A stretch of 64,000 nt of DNA from a virus (IMGVR_UViG_3300046526_000553:32001-96000), one strand, 5' to 3'; shown: positions 21,590 through 32,152, counted from the stretch's first letter. Translations and numbers: made by a program. Notes: generated by a model from the letters alone, not told the origin.

Positions 21590-24492
21590 TATGCTAACCC
21601 CATTAATCTAAATCGTTCTAGCCAATTCACACCGTCCCATTGACATCTGATTGTATCAATCGTGTTTGCGCCTGTGGATAAAGTTAATGTACCACCGGCT
21701 TTCTTGAAGTTTGCCGGCCACGTTACGGTTCTTGAACCTGTACTATCCTGTGTTAAAGTCAAGGTCATCTCCTGCCCGACATAATCACCTGCCCCGAATG
21801 TAACTGTTATATTACCTGTTAAGGTCGCACTTATTGTTTCTCCGTTGACAATATCGAAGGTCGTAGCTCCTGTAACACTTCCCTGATTGTAGGGAATCTT
21901 CTCTATAATACTCGTGGTACTGTTACTTATAGCAGTCGGAGTACCGAATACCAGTGATGCTCCGCTCACAGTTGTCCCGGCATTCGTGTTTAGTGTTACC
22001 TGTGTTGCTGAGGTAAATGAACTTATAAGACCATAATAGAGTCCACCAGATGCTGCTGCTCCTATGATATAAACAGACTTACCTACGTCGCCCGAAACAA
22101 ATCCAGCAGTTGAGGACGTTAGGATAGCAGCACCACTAGTTATGGCTGCATCAGTAGTACGTTTATATACAGAAAAATGCCCATTTGATAAATTATTCCG
22201 GTTTATTCTTGCATAACTTGAATTATATAAAACCGGCACTGGAATGCCATAGAATTTATTATTCTCAAATATGTTAGGTATTCCAGCCGATAAACCGCCC
22301 GAAGTTTCATAGAACCCGTATACTGCTATACTGTGAGTTGTATTAATCGTCGGTAGAGCAGCCCCCGCCACTAGTGTCGAAGCTGGCTGCGTCCACACCA
22401 TAGCACCGTTAGTCAAAGGATAGCCGGAAGATTCTTGTTCATTCTGCCATGAGGTATTCATGAAGTCTTGTAAGGTTTCAGTATTGGTGGTCGTGCTTAT
22501 GTATATATTCACCTTTTTTGCACCGGATGGAGGAACTTGAGCGCTTCCTAGCCAGTCCGAATATGTAGGGTGTGTGACTTTTAATAATTGTAAATCAGTC
22601 AATGCTAAACTAGCTTCGCTTGATGGTGCAGTTTCCCCAGAATCATTAACCCATGTATATTTAACAAAATAAGTTCTGGCTCCCAAGCCTGTAGATGCCG
22701 ATGATACAGCCGTTAATGATGGTGCTGTAGTTGGTGTTGGTAAAGCCCTATCATCAATAAAGGTATTGTTATTGATTTCAATACCGCCGGGGGTAAACTG
22801 TAATGCTGCTACATTTATATCTGCATTATTCGGAGAAGTGGGAGCTGTTGGACAGTTATATACCGTATTATTTGTCCACTTAGACGGCCATTGCCTTGAA
22901 TATGCCCCTAATCCACCAGCAATCTGAAGCTCCCATAATATATTATGGTCAAAATTACCAAATATTGAAGCATCATGGTCAGCTATATTGAAGCATTTAT
23001 AGACCAAATTATAGCTGAAATCATAGAACATGCTCGGGGCTAAACCTAAGCTAGTATTGTGCTGACCAATAGATAGGATTGTTTTAAATTTCCAGAATAT
23101 ATTGTGATGTAATTTTACGCCCCATGATTCATGGATATTTATGAAATAATGTTCAGAGGTTGAGACGGCTCCATCCACAAAACAATGGTCAATCTCTAAG
23201 CCACGCAGACCATTTTTCGATACATCCTGTATCATTCCTATAGTTGAATTTAATGTGAGCATATTATTGTTAAAATAACAATGAGATAGCTGCCAATCCT
23301 CGTTTGAACGGATGCTAGTATTAAGGCTCGCCGAAGATTCACCTGTTGTATTCCATGCAATACAACCTCCCTGCGAGTTAATAAATCGACAATAACTCCA
23401 TTTCACACTACTGCAGTTTTGACCATTCACATAGAAATGATATTTCACGCTGCCATCAAATATACAATTAGTCATGGTAATATCTGATACCGGTCCTCTA
23501 TCCGTTGAGCCTCGACCAGAATATATTTGTACTAATCCCTGGTCTGGTACCCCCAAATTAGCTAGATATACTTTGCTTATATCAATAGTTTTAACATAAT
23601 CACCATTAGAGAATGTACCACCCTTAATGACTATTGCACCCTGATTACCATTTTGGTTAGCACAATCAATCTTCAAATCTCTAAAGGAAATATTCTCGAT
23701 GCCTTTGGTGCTGGTTGCATCAATGTTAAATGGAGAAATAGTATTTGTCGCAGCGATTACCTGCGATTTTTTATAACCCAATCCTGTAACAATTACATTC
23801 GAGCTATTCAAATTAATGTTCGCAGTGACTAAAGATACTCCTGGTATGAATAATGTACCGCCTCCAGCGCTGTTTAAGGCGGTTACACAGTTATTTATAG
23901 CCGATTGGTCACCGGAACCATATACATAAATTCCATTACTTATTGCCCAGTCAGCAGCTACGGACAAAGTTATATTGTGAGCATCAACGAATGTTATCGT
24001 TCCATTCAGTGGTATGCCACCTATCGTTAAGGTTGCAGAGCTAACTGTAGTACTTGCATTTACCGCTATTATTACATGCGTGCTGTCCGTGTATGAGGTA
24101 ATAGTGGTAGTAAGATTAGCTCCCGCTACTCCAGCTCCATTTATTGTTATTGGGTTACCTACATCATAGTTTTGGAAGTTTGAACCTGTTAAAGTGTTCG
24201 TACCTGATGTTATTGCACCAGCTGCTGATGTTGTTCTATGCAAGCCATCCTGTAATATGAATCTTTTACCTGTATCGGCAGATGTAAATGTAGCTGATGT
24301 TGACTGTAGATTAGTTCCGCCTGCGCTTACAACTGCATCAGTAAGTGTAATGCCATCACATTTAGCGCCATAGTCCATTACATTATAAATGGATAAATTA
24401 TTTATGACAGTGTTAGTAGAATTATGCGCTGATGCATGGTTTGTAAGCATGACCGTATTATCGGCATAATTCGTAGGCAGAGGATATGTCAT
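21589..24492 (-). CDS. pectate-lyase-like beta-helix spike protein
   Basis: YNVMDYGAKCDG and GGGTLFIPG motifs, C-terminal LTQDSTGSRTVTWP. Paralogous to 19043..21589. Confidence 0.8.
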   Translation of the reverse strand: MTYPLPTNYADNTVMLTNHASAHNSTNTVINNLSIYNVMDYGAKCDGITLTDAVVSAGGTNLQSTSATFTSADTGKRFILQDGLHRTTSAAGAITSGTNTLTGSNFQNYDVGNPITINGAGVAGANLTTTITSYTDSTHVIIAVNASTTVSSATLTIGGIPLNGTITFVDAHNITLSVAADWAISNGIYVYGSGDQSAINNCVTALNSAGGGTLFIPGVSLVTANINLNSSNVIVTGLGYKKSQVIAATNTISPFNIDATSTKGIENISFRDLKIDCANQNGNQGAIVIKGGTFSNGDYVKTIDISKVYLANLGVPDQGLVQIYSGRGSTDRGPVSDITMTNCIFDGSVKYHFYVNGQNCSSVKWSYCRFINSQGGCIAWNTTGESSASLNTSIRSNEDWQLSHCYFNNNMLTLNSTIGMIQDVSKNGLRGLEIDHCFVDGAVSTSEHYFINIHESWGVKLHHNIFWKFKTILSIGQHNTSLGLAPSMFYDFSYNLVYKCFNIADHDASIFGNFDHNILWELQIAGGLGAYSRQWPSKWTNNTVYNCPTAPTSPNNADINVAALQFTPGGIEINNNTFIDDRALPTPTTAPSLTAVSSASTGLGARTYFVKYTWVNDSGETAPSSEASLALTDLQLLKVTHPTYSDWLGSAQVPPSGAKKVNIYISTTTNTETLQDFMNTSWQNEQESSGYPLTNGAMVWTQPASTLVAGAALPTINTTHSIAVYGFYETSGGLSAGIPNIFENNKFYGIPVPVLYNSSYARINRNNLSNGHFSVYKRTTDAAITSGAAILTSSTAGFVSGDVGKSVYIIGAAASGGLYYGLISSFTSATQVTLNTNAGTTVSGASLVFGTPTAISNSTTSIIEKIPYNQGSVTGATTFDIVNGETISATLTGNITVTFGAGDYVGQEMTLTLTQDSTGSRTVTWPANFKKAGGTLTLSTGANTIDTIRCQWDGVNWLERFRLMGLA

Positions 24493-24538
24493 TCTACTCT
24501 AATTGTAAGAAGTGAAGCTTGGGTTTGGCAATGTTGGG

Positions 24539-25246
24539 CTAAATACTGTCGGCTATTATATTATGTGAACCACAGTCAGCGCATTTGAAAACTGCTCCTT
24601 TACCGTGCTTACCAGAGCGTAACTGTAGATTACTTATATCATTATTCTGCTTATTACCATCTTTATGATGAACCGTCTCATGAGTTTCAAGCTTACGTCC
24701 TAAAAATTCTGACATGACTGCTCGGTGTTCCATCATCTGCCCAGATTGTCGGTCGGAATATTCAGGTCTATAAATTATTATATAACCACCGTTATCCACT
24801 CTTTTCTGCCTATTCTTATCATGGTGTTCGATATAACACGACCGAGTACAAAAACGTTGCGTTTTATTTTTCTTTGGATGAAAACTATTGCCACAATTAA
24901 CACAATCTCTATCTGCATACGTTCGTGGCTTACCTGGCACACATTCGGAGCTACAGTATTTAGAAGATTTTCGCCAAGGGGCAAACATCTTACCGCAAGT
25001 TGAGCATGCTCGTTCAGGCATTCTAGGTCGATGTTCACCTGCGCATTTTCGTGTACAAAACATTGTATCTTTATTCCTAGGATGAAACATAATGCCACAA
25101 CCAGGGCATCTCTTATCTTCTAGCTTCCTTGGTTTGCCACCAGGCCAGCATTCACGACTACAGTACCTAGCAAATTTATTAGGTGGTCTAAATAATTCGT
25201 CACATGTCTCACATTTCTTATCTTCTAATGTTCTCGGTCTAGCCAT
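24539..25246 (-). CDS. HNH endonuclease with four CxxC..F.P..CSxxC repeats
   Basis: MEHRAVM..LGRKL..ETVHHKDGNKQNN motif. Confidence 0.85.
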   Translation of the reverse strand: MARPRTLEDKKCETCDELFRPPNKFARYCSRECWPGGKPRKLEDKRCPGCGIMFHPRNKDTMFCTRKCAGEHRPRMPERACSTCGKMFAPWRKSSKYCSSECVPGKPRTYADRDCVNCGNSFHPKKNKTQRFCTRSCYIEHHDKNRQKRVDNGGYIIIYRPEYSDRQSGQMMEHRAVMSEFLGRKLETHETVHHKDGNKQNNDISNLQLRSGKHGKGAVFKCADCGSHNIIADSI

Positions 25247-25436
25247 TCAATATTCTCCTTCAACTTTATCATTTACATTGAAGAGTATATCAAATTATAT
25301 TTAATAAGTCAATACCCAAATGACTGTAAACTCTGTACCTCACACGCATTGACGTTTATAGCAAAAAGAAAAAGGAACCTTTCGGCTCCTTCATCTTACC
25401 CTTATCAGTTATATACTTTACAATATATTTGACAAT

Positions 25437-26312
25437 TTACCCATTTGAGTTTATCGTGAGTGAGTAAGTAAACTGAATGCTATCACTTGCGTTGACATTG
25501 ATGGCCGAGAATACTTTGTGGTCCCACATAATAGGACGTATAGTATAAGCCTCGGTAGTACCAGGTGTTGCCCCAGCCGTACCATCGGCATCTTTATACC
25601 AAGCCACAATAGTAAATACTGAGGTAGTATTCGATGTGACAAATCCCCATACAGTTGTAGTACCGGCTTCAACAATGTGTTGTTGCTGTCCTTGCACGGT
25701 TGTAGAACTTGCTGTCAAAGGCGTACCTGTTACAGTCCCCGAAGTAGCGCTTGTAGCAGTAAACGGAGTACCTGTAGTTGCTGAAACTGTTGACTGTGTA
25801 ATCAGACACCATTCAGTAACCGCTTCAGAACCCGTATAGCTGATTGTTGCAACTGTCTGATACTTCTGTAGTACTGCACCAGATACAAGGCTTTGTGTTC
25901 CTGCTATAGGAGTCTGGCCGCCTTGTGCGGAAATTGTATTAACCTTGTAATCAAATTGCGTAGCTGCTGTTGCGCTTGTTCCTGTAAAATGCCAGTTAGC
26001 TAGTTTCAATGTATTAATAGCTGCAGCTGAAGGAGAAGCTAGGTTCCAGTCATTAGCTAATGCCAATACTCCCACGTTGGTTACAACACCAGGTCCTAGG
26101 TCAATTTCAGTATCTTTACCAATACGATAATTGTCCAGCCAGTTCAAGCTCATCACCTTAGTAGCAGGTATTGCCTCACCGTTACGAATGACCTTAGCTT
26201 TAAGGTTTGTCTCAAAGAAACTACCTGCGCTGAATCCACGTCCAGCTGAACCGAACCGTGAAGTTGCTACACCAAGCTGACCTAAGAAAGGCAGATTGAA
26301 TATTTTACCCAT
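25437..26312 (-). CDS. putative virion structural protein
   Basis: C-terminal FSAINVNASDSIQFTYSLTI is typical of phage fibre-associated proteins. Confidence 0.55.
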   Translation of the reverse strand: MGKIFNLPFLGQLGVATSRFGSAGRGFSAGSFFETNLKAKVIRNGEAIPATKVMSLNWLDNYRIGKDTEIDLGPGVVTNVGVLALANDWNLASPSAAAINTLKLANWHFTGTSATAATQFDYKVNTISAQGGQTPIAGTQSLVSGAVLQKYQTVATISYTGSEAVTEWCLITQSTVSATTGTPFTATSATSGTVTGTPLTASSTTVQGQQQHIVEAGTTTVWGFVTSNTTSVFTIVAWYKDADGTAGATPGTTEAYTIRPIMWDHKVFSAINVNASDSIQFTYSLTINSNG

Positions 26313-26544
26313 TATTTTCCTCCTCTGCTACTGCAGCTACTTCTTCAGGAGCAGTTGGCTCTTCTGCCGGAACTTCACCCCCAGACTCATCAGTTACTTC
26401 GACCAAGCCAGGGTAATTTGCAAGAACAACAGGCGGATGATAATCCGTTGTTACACTTAGCTGTTCACCTGGTTTTACGTCACCAATCCCAACAATCGAT
26501 AGTGCTTTTGAACCCGTATTTTTATAAATCCTTGTGGTTGCCAT
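26305..26544 (-). CDS. hypothetical protein
   Basis: 79-aa ORF coupled to 25437..26312. Confidence 0.6.
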   Translation of the reverse strand: MATTRIYKNTGSKALSIVGIGDVKPGEQLSVTTDYHPPVVLANYPGLVEVTDESGGEVPAEEPTAPEEVAAVAEEENNG

Positions 26545-26710
26545 AAATTACCCTCAAAATTATCTATGCTTCTATTAAAAGAGTACATAAGGAGTGTAAT
26601 ATCTGACAATAGATAAAATGCGGAAATGTGTTCGAGGAGTTGATTTTTGGATGGTGTTGGTGTATAATTAGTTTACTGCTTTCAGAAGTGAAGTTTAGGC
26701 TTCCATGCGA

Positions 26711-26785
26711 GGAATAGCAGGCGCGTCAAGTCGCGTCCAGACGTGTTGCGTTGAGGCGAGTCATGTCTTGCCCCGGCAAGTCAAC
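26711..26785 (+). repeat. solo pentamer-periodic unit (AGCAGGC + 12 x NNG(T)Y) with its own promoter
   Basis: gcgtc aagtc gcgtc cagac gtgtt gcgtt gaggc gagtc atgtc ttgcc ccggc aagtc. TTGATT-17-TATAAT at 26640-26668. Confidence 0.7.
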
Positions 26786-26827
26786 CAACTTATACAGGGA
26801 ATCGTGAGAAATTGCGGTTCTCTATAA

Positions 26828-29368
26828 TTATCCAACGACTTCAGATAAATCCTTAAGCTTAAATGGGATAACAGCGCATCGACCGTGCGGATGCTCTTCT
26901 GGAAAATCACCCGGAGATTGACGAACCATGTCAGCATAAGGAATACATTTCGGACAAGGGTCGCTAGCTGTTTTCCATATATAACTATCTACCATACCAC
27001 TATCTTGCCATACGGCAAAATTACTGTATTGTAATGCCCTATTAGCTTCGGTTATTGCTATTCTTTCAGCTCTATATCCAATGGCAGCTCCATAAACATT
27101 CTCTACTCTATCAGCCAATTCTTGTGTTGTTTCAGAAGCATTAATACCTTCATTCAGGGAAGCACGCAGTTGTTTCGTTGTTTCTGAATCAACGCCTTCA
27201 AAGACAATATCCGTGTGCTGCTGGAAATATTTATCAACCTTACCGGTTACATCTCTATAATCCACAGGTTCTGCTGGGGCAGGAGCATTATAACCATATC
27301 CTTCCGGGTCATTTATGAGTTTTGCCCCCAGACTGCCTCCACTAGTGGTAGTGCCTTTATAAATTGGAACCATATCCTTTTTCCAAGCAGCTAAACTTGC
27401 AACAGGGTCAAATAAATCATTTAATTTATTCTTATTTTCTTTCTTAGTTGCCTTCTGTAAGGCTTTTGTGCCGAACATAAATCTGGCAGACACATTATTC
27501 AGAACTTCACCTTTTTGTTGTTCAAATCTTAGCTTCGAAGCTCGCATAAATCTAACTTCGAACACATCTGCAGTATGTTGACGTTCTTTTAGATAGTTTT
27601 CAGTAACAAATTGTTTGGTAAATAATAATGTATATTTTGGCTTGGGTTTATTGGCTTGAGCCTTTTCTGGCTCAGTGACTAAAAAATCGCTATCGCCTCG
27701 ACTTTCTACCTGTGCTATCGGTTTAGGAAAAGCAGGTAATGAATCAACTTTGACTTTTTCAACTGGTTTTGATATGCTCCGAACTGCACTTGTGGCATCA
27801 GATGCGGCTGAACCACTGTCTGGCACGCCTGTAGATAAGCCTGTACTCGTCGTACTCCCAGCCGTATCTTGCGCATCTGGTGTATCTCCCCCTTCATCAG
27901 ACTCTTCCATTTCATTGCTGGTTTCTCTTGCCTCCGAAGGGTCTTCCTGCACATCTGCAGGTCTTCCTGATGGTACTGGCTGGGCTGAGACAGCTCCTAA
28001 AGGCAACAAATTAGCTGGTACGAATATCTGATTTCCTCCCGCAACAGGGAGGTCACCTCGTCGAGCTCTGATTTCGTTTATGGTTGCAAAACCAGGATTA
28101 TTTGTCGTCCCCAGAGAAGAAACATTGTCTTTCAATACTTGAGCCGTATCCTGTGGCACTGGGTCAGTAAAGCTAACCAATAGATTTTCACCATTTTCAT
28201 AGTCTGGAGCCAAATCCATCGTAATTCTATTGACAAGTCGCTGCATTCGTATTCTAATTCTCTTGCTGAAAATATATTCGGCCGTGTCTGCGTTGGCTCT
28301 GCTCATGCTTTCATCAAATCCAGCCAATGACTTAGGCACGCCGAACAAAGATAGAATCATATCCCTGTTGAAATTACGTCCTTTCAGGAACTCCATATCC
28401 CGCTGATTAATCTGAAGATTTTTAAACTGCAGACCTCCAGATAGAATAGCTGTACGATGTGAATTAACAGCCCCACCATAAGTATTCATCCACTCATCTT
28501 TCAACCTTTTGAAAACTTTCTCATCAATCTGTTCATCAGTCGTTAAGAACCCATCAGGCATTGCCGTGTTATAAAAGAATCTTTGATTGAAAATGGCTGC
28601 ATGGGTGTCTCCATCAATGGTGGTAGAGCCTGCCATAACCGCACTGTAGCCATGCCTGAAGTCCATAGGATTACCGTATTTGTGGTGAACAACATCTTCA
28701 GGATTTAAAGGGATTTGCTTGCCATTTGTAGTATAAACATAACCAACTATAAAGTGCTTTTGGTCAGGCACCACAGCTACCAGGTTTGGTAGTAACGGCC
28801 ATAATTCAATTGGTTTCTTTTTCTTATCTCTGACCACGAACCAATAGGCATTACCCGTTAATTCCAGATGCAAAAAACATATTTCTAGGAACTCGTTTTT
28901 GCTCATACTGGCATTTGGATTATTTAGCAAATCCAAAAGCGGATGATTATCTAGTTCTTCAAGTGCCGTCACGCCTTTCTGAATCTTAATCTGTCCACCT
29001 TTAGTTTCAAGGTAAGTCACCTTTTTATTAGCATAGAGAGCAGCTTCCTTGGGAAATTCAATTAATTTCTGGCTTAAAGCCATATTATTTAATTTGCCTC
29101 GATTCAAAAATAACCGTAGGTCTATAGCTGCCGATTGGTCAGCCACCATCTTGGCAGCAATATATACCCAATCCCGATAAGCCATTAATTGCTGTCGTTC
29201 ATTATTAAAACTGGAGAAAGCTGGATTCCATGAATTAGCCCCCATAATGGAGCTTGCTGCATCACTCGGGGTCGTATAATCCTTGTTTTGAAGATTGGGA
29301 AGCGTTGTTGATTTGTGGTCTACTCGTTCATAACCGAAATTTGTGAGTGCTTTATCGAAAAATCCCAT
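26828..29368 (-). CDS. portal protein (HK97-like) fused to a C-terminal MuF/gp7-like head morphogenesis domain
   Basis: HPLLDLLNNPN, LELTGNAYW, FGVP and TINEIRARRG motifs. C-terminal RAERIAITE...CPKC...HPHGRC. Confidence 0.92.
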   Translation of the reverse strand: MGFFDKALTNFGYERVDHKSTTLPNLQNKDYTTPSDAASSIMGANSWNPAFSSFNNERQQLMAYRDWVYIAAKMVADQSAAIDLRLFLNRGKLNNMALSQKLIEFPKEAALYANKKVTYLETKGGQIKIQKGVTALEELDNHPLLDLLNNPNASMSKNEFLEICFLHLELTGNAYWFVVRDKKKKPIELWPLLPNLVAVVPDQKHFIVGYVYTTNGKQIPLNPEDVVHHKYGNPMDFRHGYSAVMAGSTTIDGDTHAAIFNQRFFYNTAMPDGFLTTDEQIDEKVFKRLKDEWMNTYGGAVNSHRTAILSGGLQFKNLQINQRDMEFLKGRNFNRDMILSLFGVPKSLAGFDESMSRANADTAEYIFSKRIRIRMQRLVNRITMDLAPDYENGENLLVSFTDPVPQDTAQVLKDNVSSLGTTNNPGFATINEIRARRGDLPVAGGNQIFVPANLLPLGAVSAQPVPSGRPADVQEDPSEARETSNEMEESDEGGDTPDAQDTAGSTTSTGLSTGVPDSGSAASDATSAVRSISKPVEKVKVDSLPAFPKPIAQVESRGDSDFLVTEPEKAQANKPKPKYTLLFTKQFVTENYLKERQHTADVFEVRFMRASKLRFEQQKGEVLNNVSARFMFGTKALQKATKKENKNKLNDLFDPVASLAAWKKDMVPIYKGTTTSGGSLGAKLINDPEGYGYNAPAPAEPVDYRDVTGKVDKYFQQHTDIVFEGVDSETTKQLRASLNEGINASETTQELADRVENVYGAAIGYRAERIAITEANRALQYSNFAVWQDSGMVDSYIWKTASDPCPKCIPYADMVRQSPGDFPEEHPHGRCAVIPFKLKDLSEVVG

Positions 29369-29507
29369 TATGCCCCTATTTGTCCTTCTAGTATATCTGC
29401 ATTTATAATAGCTTACTCCTTACACTGTTGTCCAAAATTCGAGTTGCAATTTGAATAAATTAATGTTTCAATGGGAAAACAGTATATTTTTTAACAAGAG
29501 GGAAGGT

Positions 29508-29783
29508 ATGAGAATTCCTATTACACCATTGAAAGACCAGGTTCTAACCAAGGCAAAAGAAAAACAAACAAAAACCGCCAGCGGTTTGTATATCCCTGAC
29601 AGCGCTGCAAAAGATTCTTCAACAGCTGAAGTTTTAGCTGTGGGTGAAGATGTGAAAGGCATTGAAGTTGGTGATTATGTTATTTACACCAAAGAATATG
29701 ATACTACTGAAATTGAGATTGAGACCGAAAAATACAAACTCATAAAAGCCGAAAATATAATAGCAAAGGTTGAGGGGAATTAA
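29508..29783 (+). CDS. groES: co-chaperonin GroES
   Basis: PLKDQVL..KTASGLYIPDSA..VLAVG motif. Start at ATG 29508. Confidence 0.95.
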   Translation: MRIPITPLKDQVLTKAKEKQTKTASGLYIPDSAAKDSSTAEVLAVGEDVKGIEVGDYVIYTKEYDTTEIEIETEKYKLIKAENIIAKVEGN

Positions 29784-29787
29784 ATAC

Positions 29788-31407
29788 ATGAGCGGTAAAA
29801 AGATTTTCTATGGCGATGATGCACGCCAACGAGTACTTGCAGGAGCCAAAATCGTCCACGATACAATAGCAGGAACATTGGGTCCCCGTGGGCAGAATGT
29901 CTTACTCGGAAAACATGGTAGCGCACCCATAATTACTAAGGATGGCATAAATGCAGTTAAGTCTATCACTATCGATGACATTGACGATGAAACCCTTGGG
30001 TATAACGTCGGTATTGAACTAGTTAAAAGTGCTTCAGGGTCAATGGACAAGGTTGGTGATGGCTCAACGACTGTTGCCATCTTAACCTACCACATACTGA
30101 ACGAAGCTAATAAATTAATCGCAGCAGGCTATAATCCAGTCGAACTTCGTAAGGGAATTGAAAAGATTTCTGAATCCCTAATAAAAAGATTGGATAAATA
30201 TAGCGAAGATATCAGTGATAACTCAGAGAAAGTAGCCCAGATTGCCACTATTTCATCAGGTGACGCCGAGGTAGGTAAGCTTATCGCTAATGTCATTAAA
30301 AGCATTGGTGCTGATGGTACAGTCACTGTCGAACCCGGCCAAGGCTTTGGCATGGAACATGAGATAACTGAAGGCTACACCTTTAACAAAGGTTATGCCA
30401 GCCCATTTATGGCTACTAATCAAACCACGATGGAAGCTTCCTATAAAAATGTTCCTGTTTTGGTAACTGATGCAAAGATAACTTCAGCTCAAGATATTAT
30501 TCCTCTACTTGAGTCCATGAATTCCGAAGGCAAACATGACCTCGTTATTATTGCTGAAGATATTTCTGGAGACGCCCTTGGAATGCTGATTTTTAATAAA
30601 GCTAAGGGAGCCTTTAACACGGTTGTTATCAAAGCGCCTTCATTTGGAGACCGTCGCCAACAACTACTCGATGATATAGCTATCATTACGGGTGCCACCT
30701 TCATCTCATCCGAACGTGGTCAATTGCTATCTAAGGCTGAAATATCTGATTTGGGTACCGCCAAGCAGGTTATTGTATCAGCAGATAAAACGACTATCAT
30801 TGATGGTCAGGGTGCGCCAGAAGACATTCAGAACAGAAGCGATGAGCTCGATGCTCTTGTCAAAAAAGCAGGCAGTGACTATGATAAAGAATTCCATGAA
30901 CACCGTCGTTCCTCATTACATGGTAAAGTAGCTATCATCAGGGTTGGCGGTACCACCGAAACAGAGATTGAAGAGAAGAAATTCCGAGTTGACGATGCTG
31001 TTGCAGCAGCTAAAGCAGCAGTGAAAGGCGGTATTGTACCCGGAGGAGCCATCACGCTTGTCAATGTTGCCTCAGATTATGTTGATACAAGCATAAATGA
31101 AACTACTGAAGACCGTATCGTGCTAAATGCAGTTGAGCAACCATTCCGTATCCTACTGCAGAATGCAGGATTTAATCCAGATATTTGGCTACAACAAGTC
31201 AAAGAAAAACGTGGCTGGGGTGTAGACGTTAGGGATTTAGGCGTTTTAGTAAACATGAAATCCGCAGGGATTATAGACCCAACCGATGTAACTCGTAATG
31301 CACTACAATTTGCAACTTCAATAGCAGCCACCGCTATCACCACAGGTAGTATGATTGTGGATATCCCTGAAAAAGAAGAGCTTAACCCACAAGCTCAACT
31401 GGCTTAA
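29788..31407 (+). CDS. groEL: chaperonin GroEL
   Basis: TLGPRGQNV, ITKDG, GDGSTT, KAPSFGDRR, GGIVPGG and GIIDP motifs. Confidence 0.96.
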   Translation: MSGKKIFYGDDARQRVLAGAKIVHDTIAGTLGPRGQNVLLGKHGSAPIITKDGINAVKSITIDDIDDETLGYNVGIELVKSASGSMDKVGDGSTTVAILTYHILNEANKLIAAGYNPVELRKGIEKISESLIKRLDKYSEDISDNSEKVAQIATISSGDAEVGKLIANVIKSIGADGTVTVEPGQGFGMEHEITEGYTFNKGYASPFMATNQTTMEASYKNVPVLVTDAKITSAQDIIPLLESMNSEGKHDLVIIAEDISGDALGMLIFNKAKGAFNTVVIKAPSFGDRRQQLLDDIAIITGATFISSERGQLLSKAEISDLGTAKQVIVSADKTTIIDGQGAPEDIQNRSDELDALVKKAGSDYDKEFHEHRRSSLHGKVAIIRVGGTTETEIEEKKFRVDDAVAAAKAAVKGGIVPGGAITLVNVASDYVDTSINETTEDRIVLNAVEQPFRILLQNAGFNPDIWLQQVKEKRGWGVDVRDLGVLVNMKSAGIIDPTDVTRNALQFATSIAATAITTGSMIVDIPEKEELNPQAQLA

Positions 31408-31414
31408 TAGATAA

Positions 31415-31615
31415 TTATTTGATATTTTTTAGGACAGGCATCCCGGTCCTGGCCGTTTGGTACACTTCCTTACCATCCGGTAAATCACATGATGTATCAG
31501 GCCTCAAATCCCTAGAGAAATAATATATAACAGAAGTTTTCCCGTTCTTAAGTTGAATCTGTTTAGAGTTGAGGTGGTATTCTACACCTTTTGTATTCGT
31601 GTAAGTGTAAGCCAT
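31415..31615 (-). CDS. small conserved hypothetical protein
   Basis: AAGGAG RBS. MAYTYTNTKG..YYFS..LP.G..V....TGMPVLK resembles a small family I associate with CPR bacteria. Confidence 0.65.
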   Translation of the reverse strand: MAYTYTNTKGVEYHLNSKQIQLKNGKTSVIYYFSRDLRPDTSCDLPDGKEVYQTARTGMPVLKNIK

Positions 31616-32008
31616 GTTTTTCTCCTTATTAACTGATTATTCCTATAGCCTACCAATAAACATGGGATAATGCAAGTATCTCCCTTGCAAAATAGCCAAT
31701 GATGGTGTATACTCAAACAATGACATATAAATATGGTGAACGATATATACAGCGGTGGACACTATTCTCCAACCCCTATGCATACAATAAAATGCACAGT
31801 AGAATAAAGAATAAACTGAATAGCTACTCAGGGTTATTCACTCAAATAGGTATTTTTATTTTGGGTATATACCTATTCTTTGCCTTTCTATTCATGCCCA
31901 TGATTGCGCTTGCATACACGGTCAGCACTCCCATATGCGGAGAACATTGCCAAGTTCATAAAGCCAGTTCATTCATCATGAATTGAAGCAAGCTATAAGG
32001 AGAATCGA

Positions 32009-32146
32009 ATGACGAGTGAACTGAAGAAGAATAAATATAAAGCCCACCCCTTGAAGATTCAAGCTAATAAAGTCCGACGAATAAGTAGGCATATTAAATC
32101 ACATCCCAAAGACAAACAATCAATCAAAGTATTAGAAAAACTTTAA
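32009..32146 (+). CDS. small basic protein (45 aa), not in the ORF track
   Basis: AAGGAGA RBS, then MTSELKKNKYKAHPLKIQANKVRRISRHIKSHPKDKQSIKVLEKL. Confidence 0.55.
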   Translation: MTSELKKNKYKAHPLKIQANKVRRISRHIKSHPKDKQSIKVLEKL

Positions 32147-32152
32147 AAAACC

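Noticed and set aside
7850-24492. Diversity-generating retroelement acting on the fibre genes
   Set aside because: No reverse transcriptase and no TR/VR pair differing at adenines was seen.
3139-31343. Many antisense ORFs inside structural genes and groEL
   Set aside because: Codon-bias shadows of long genes on the opposite strand, with no RBS or motifs.
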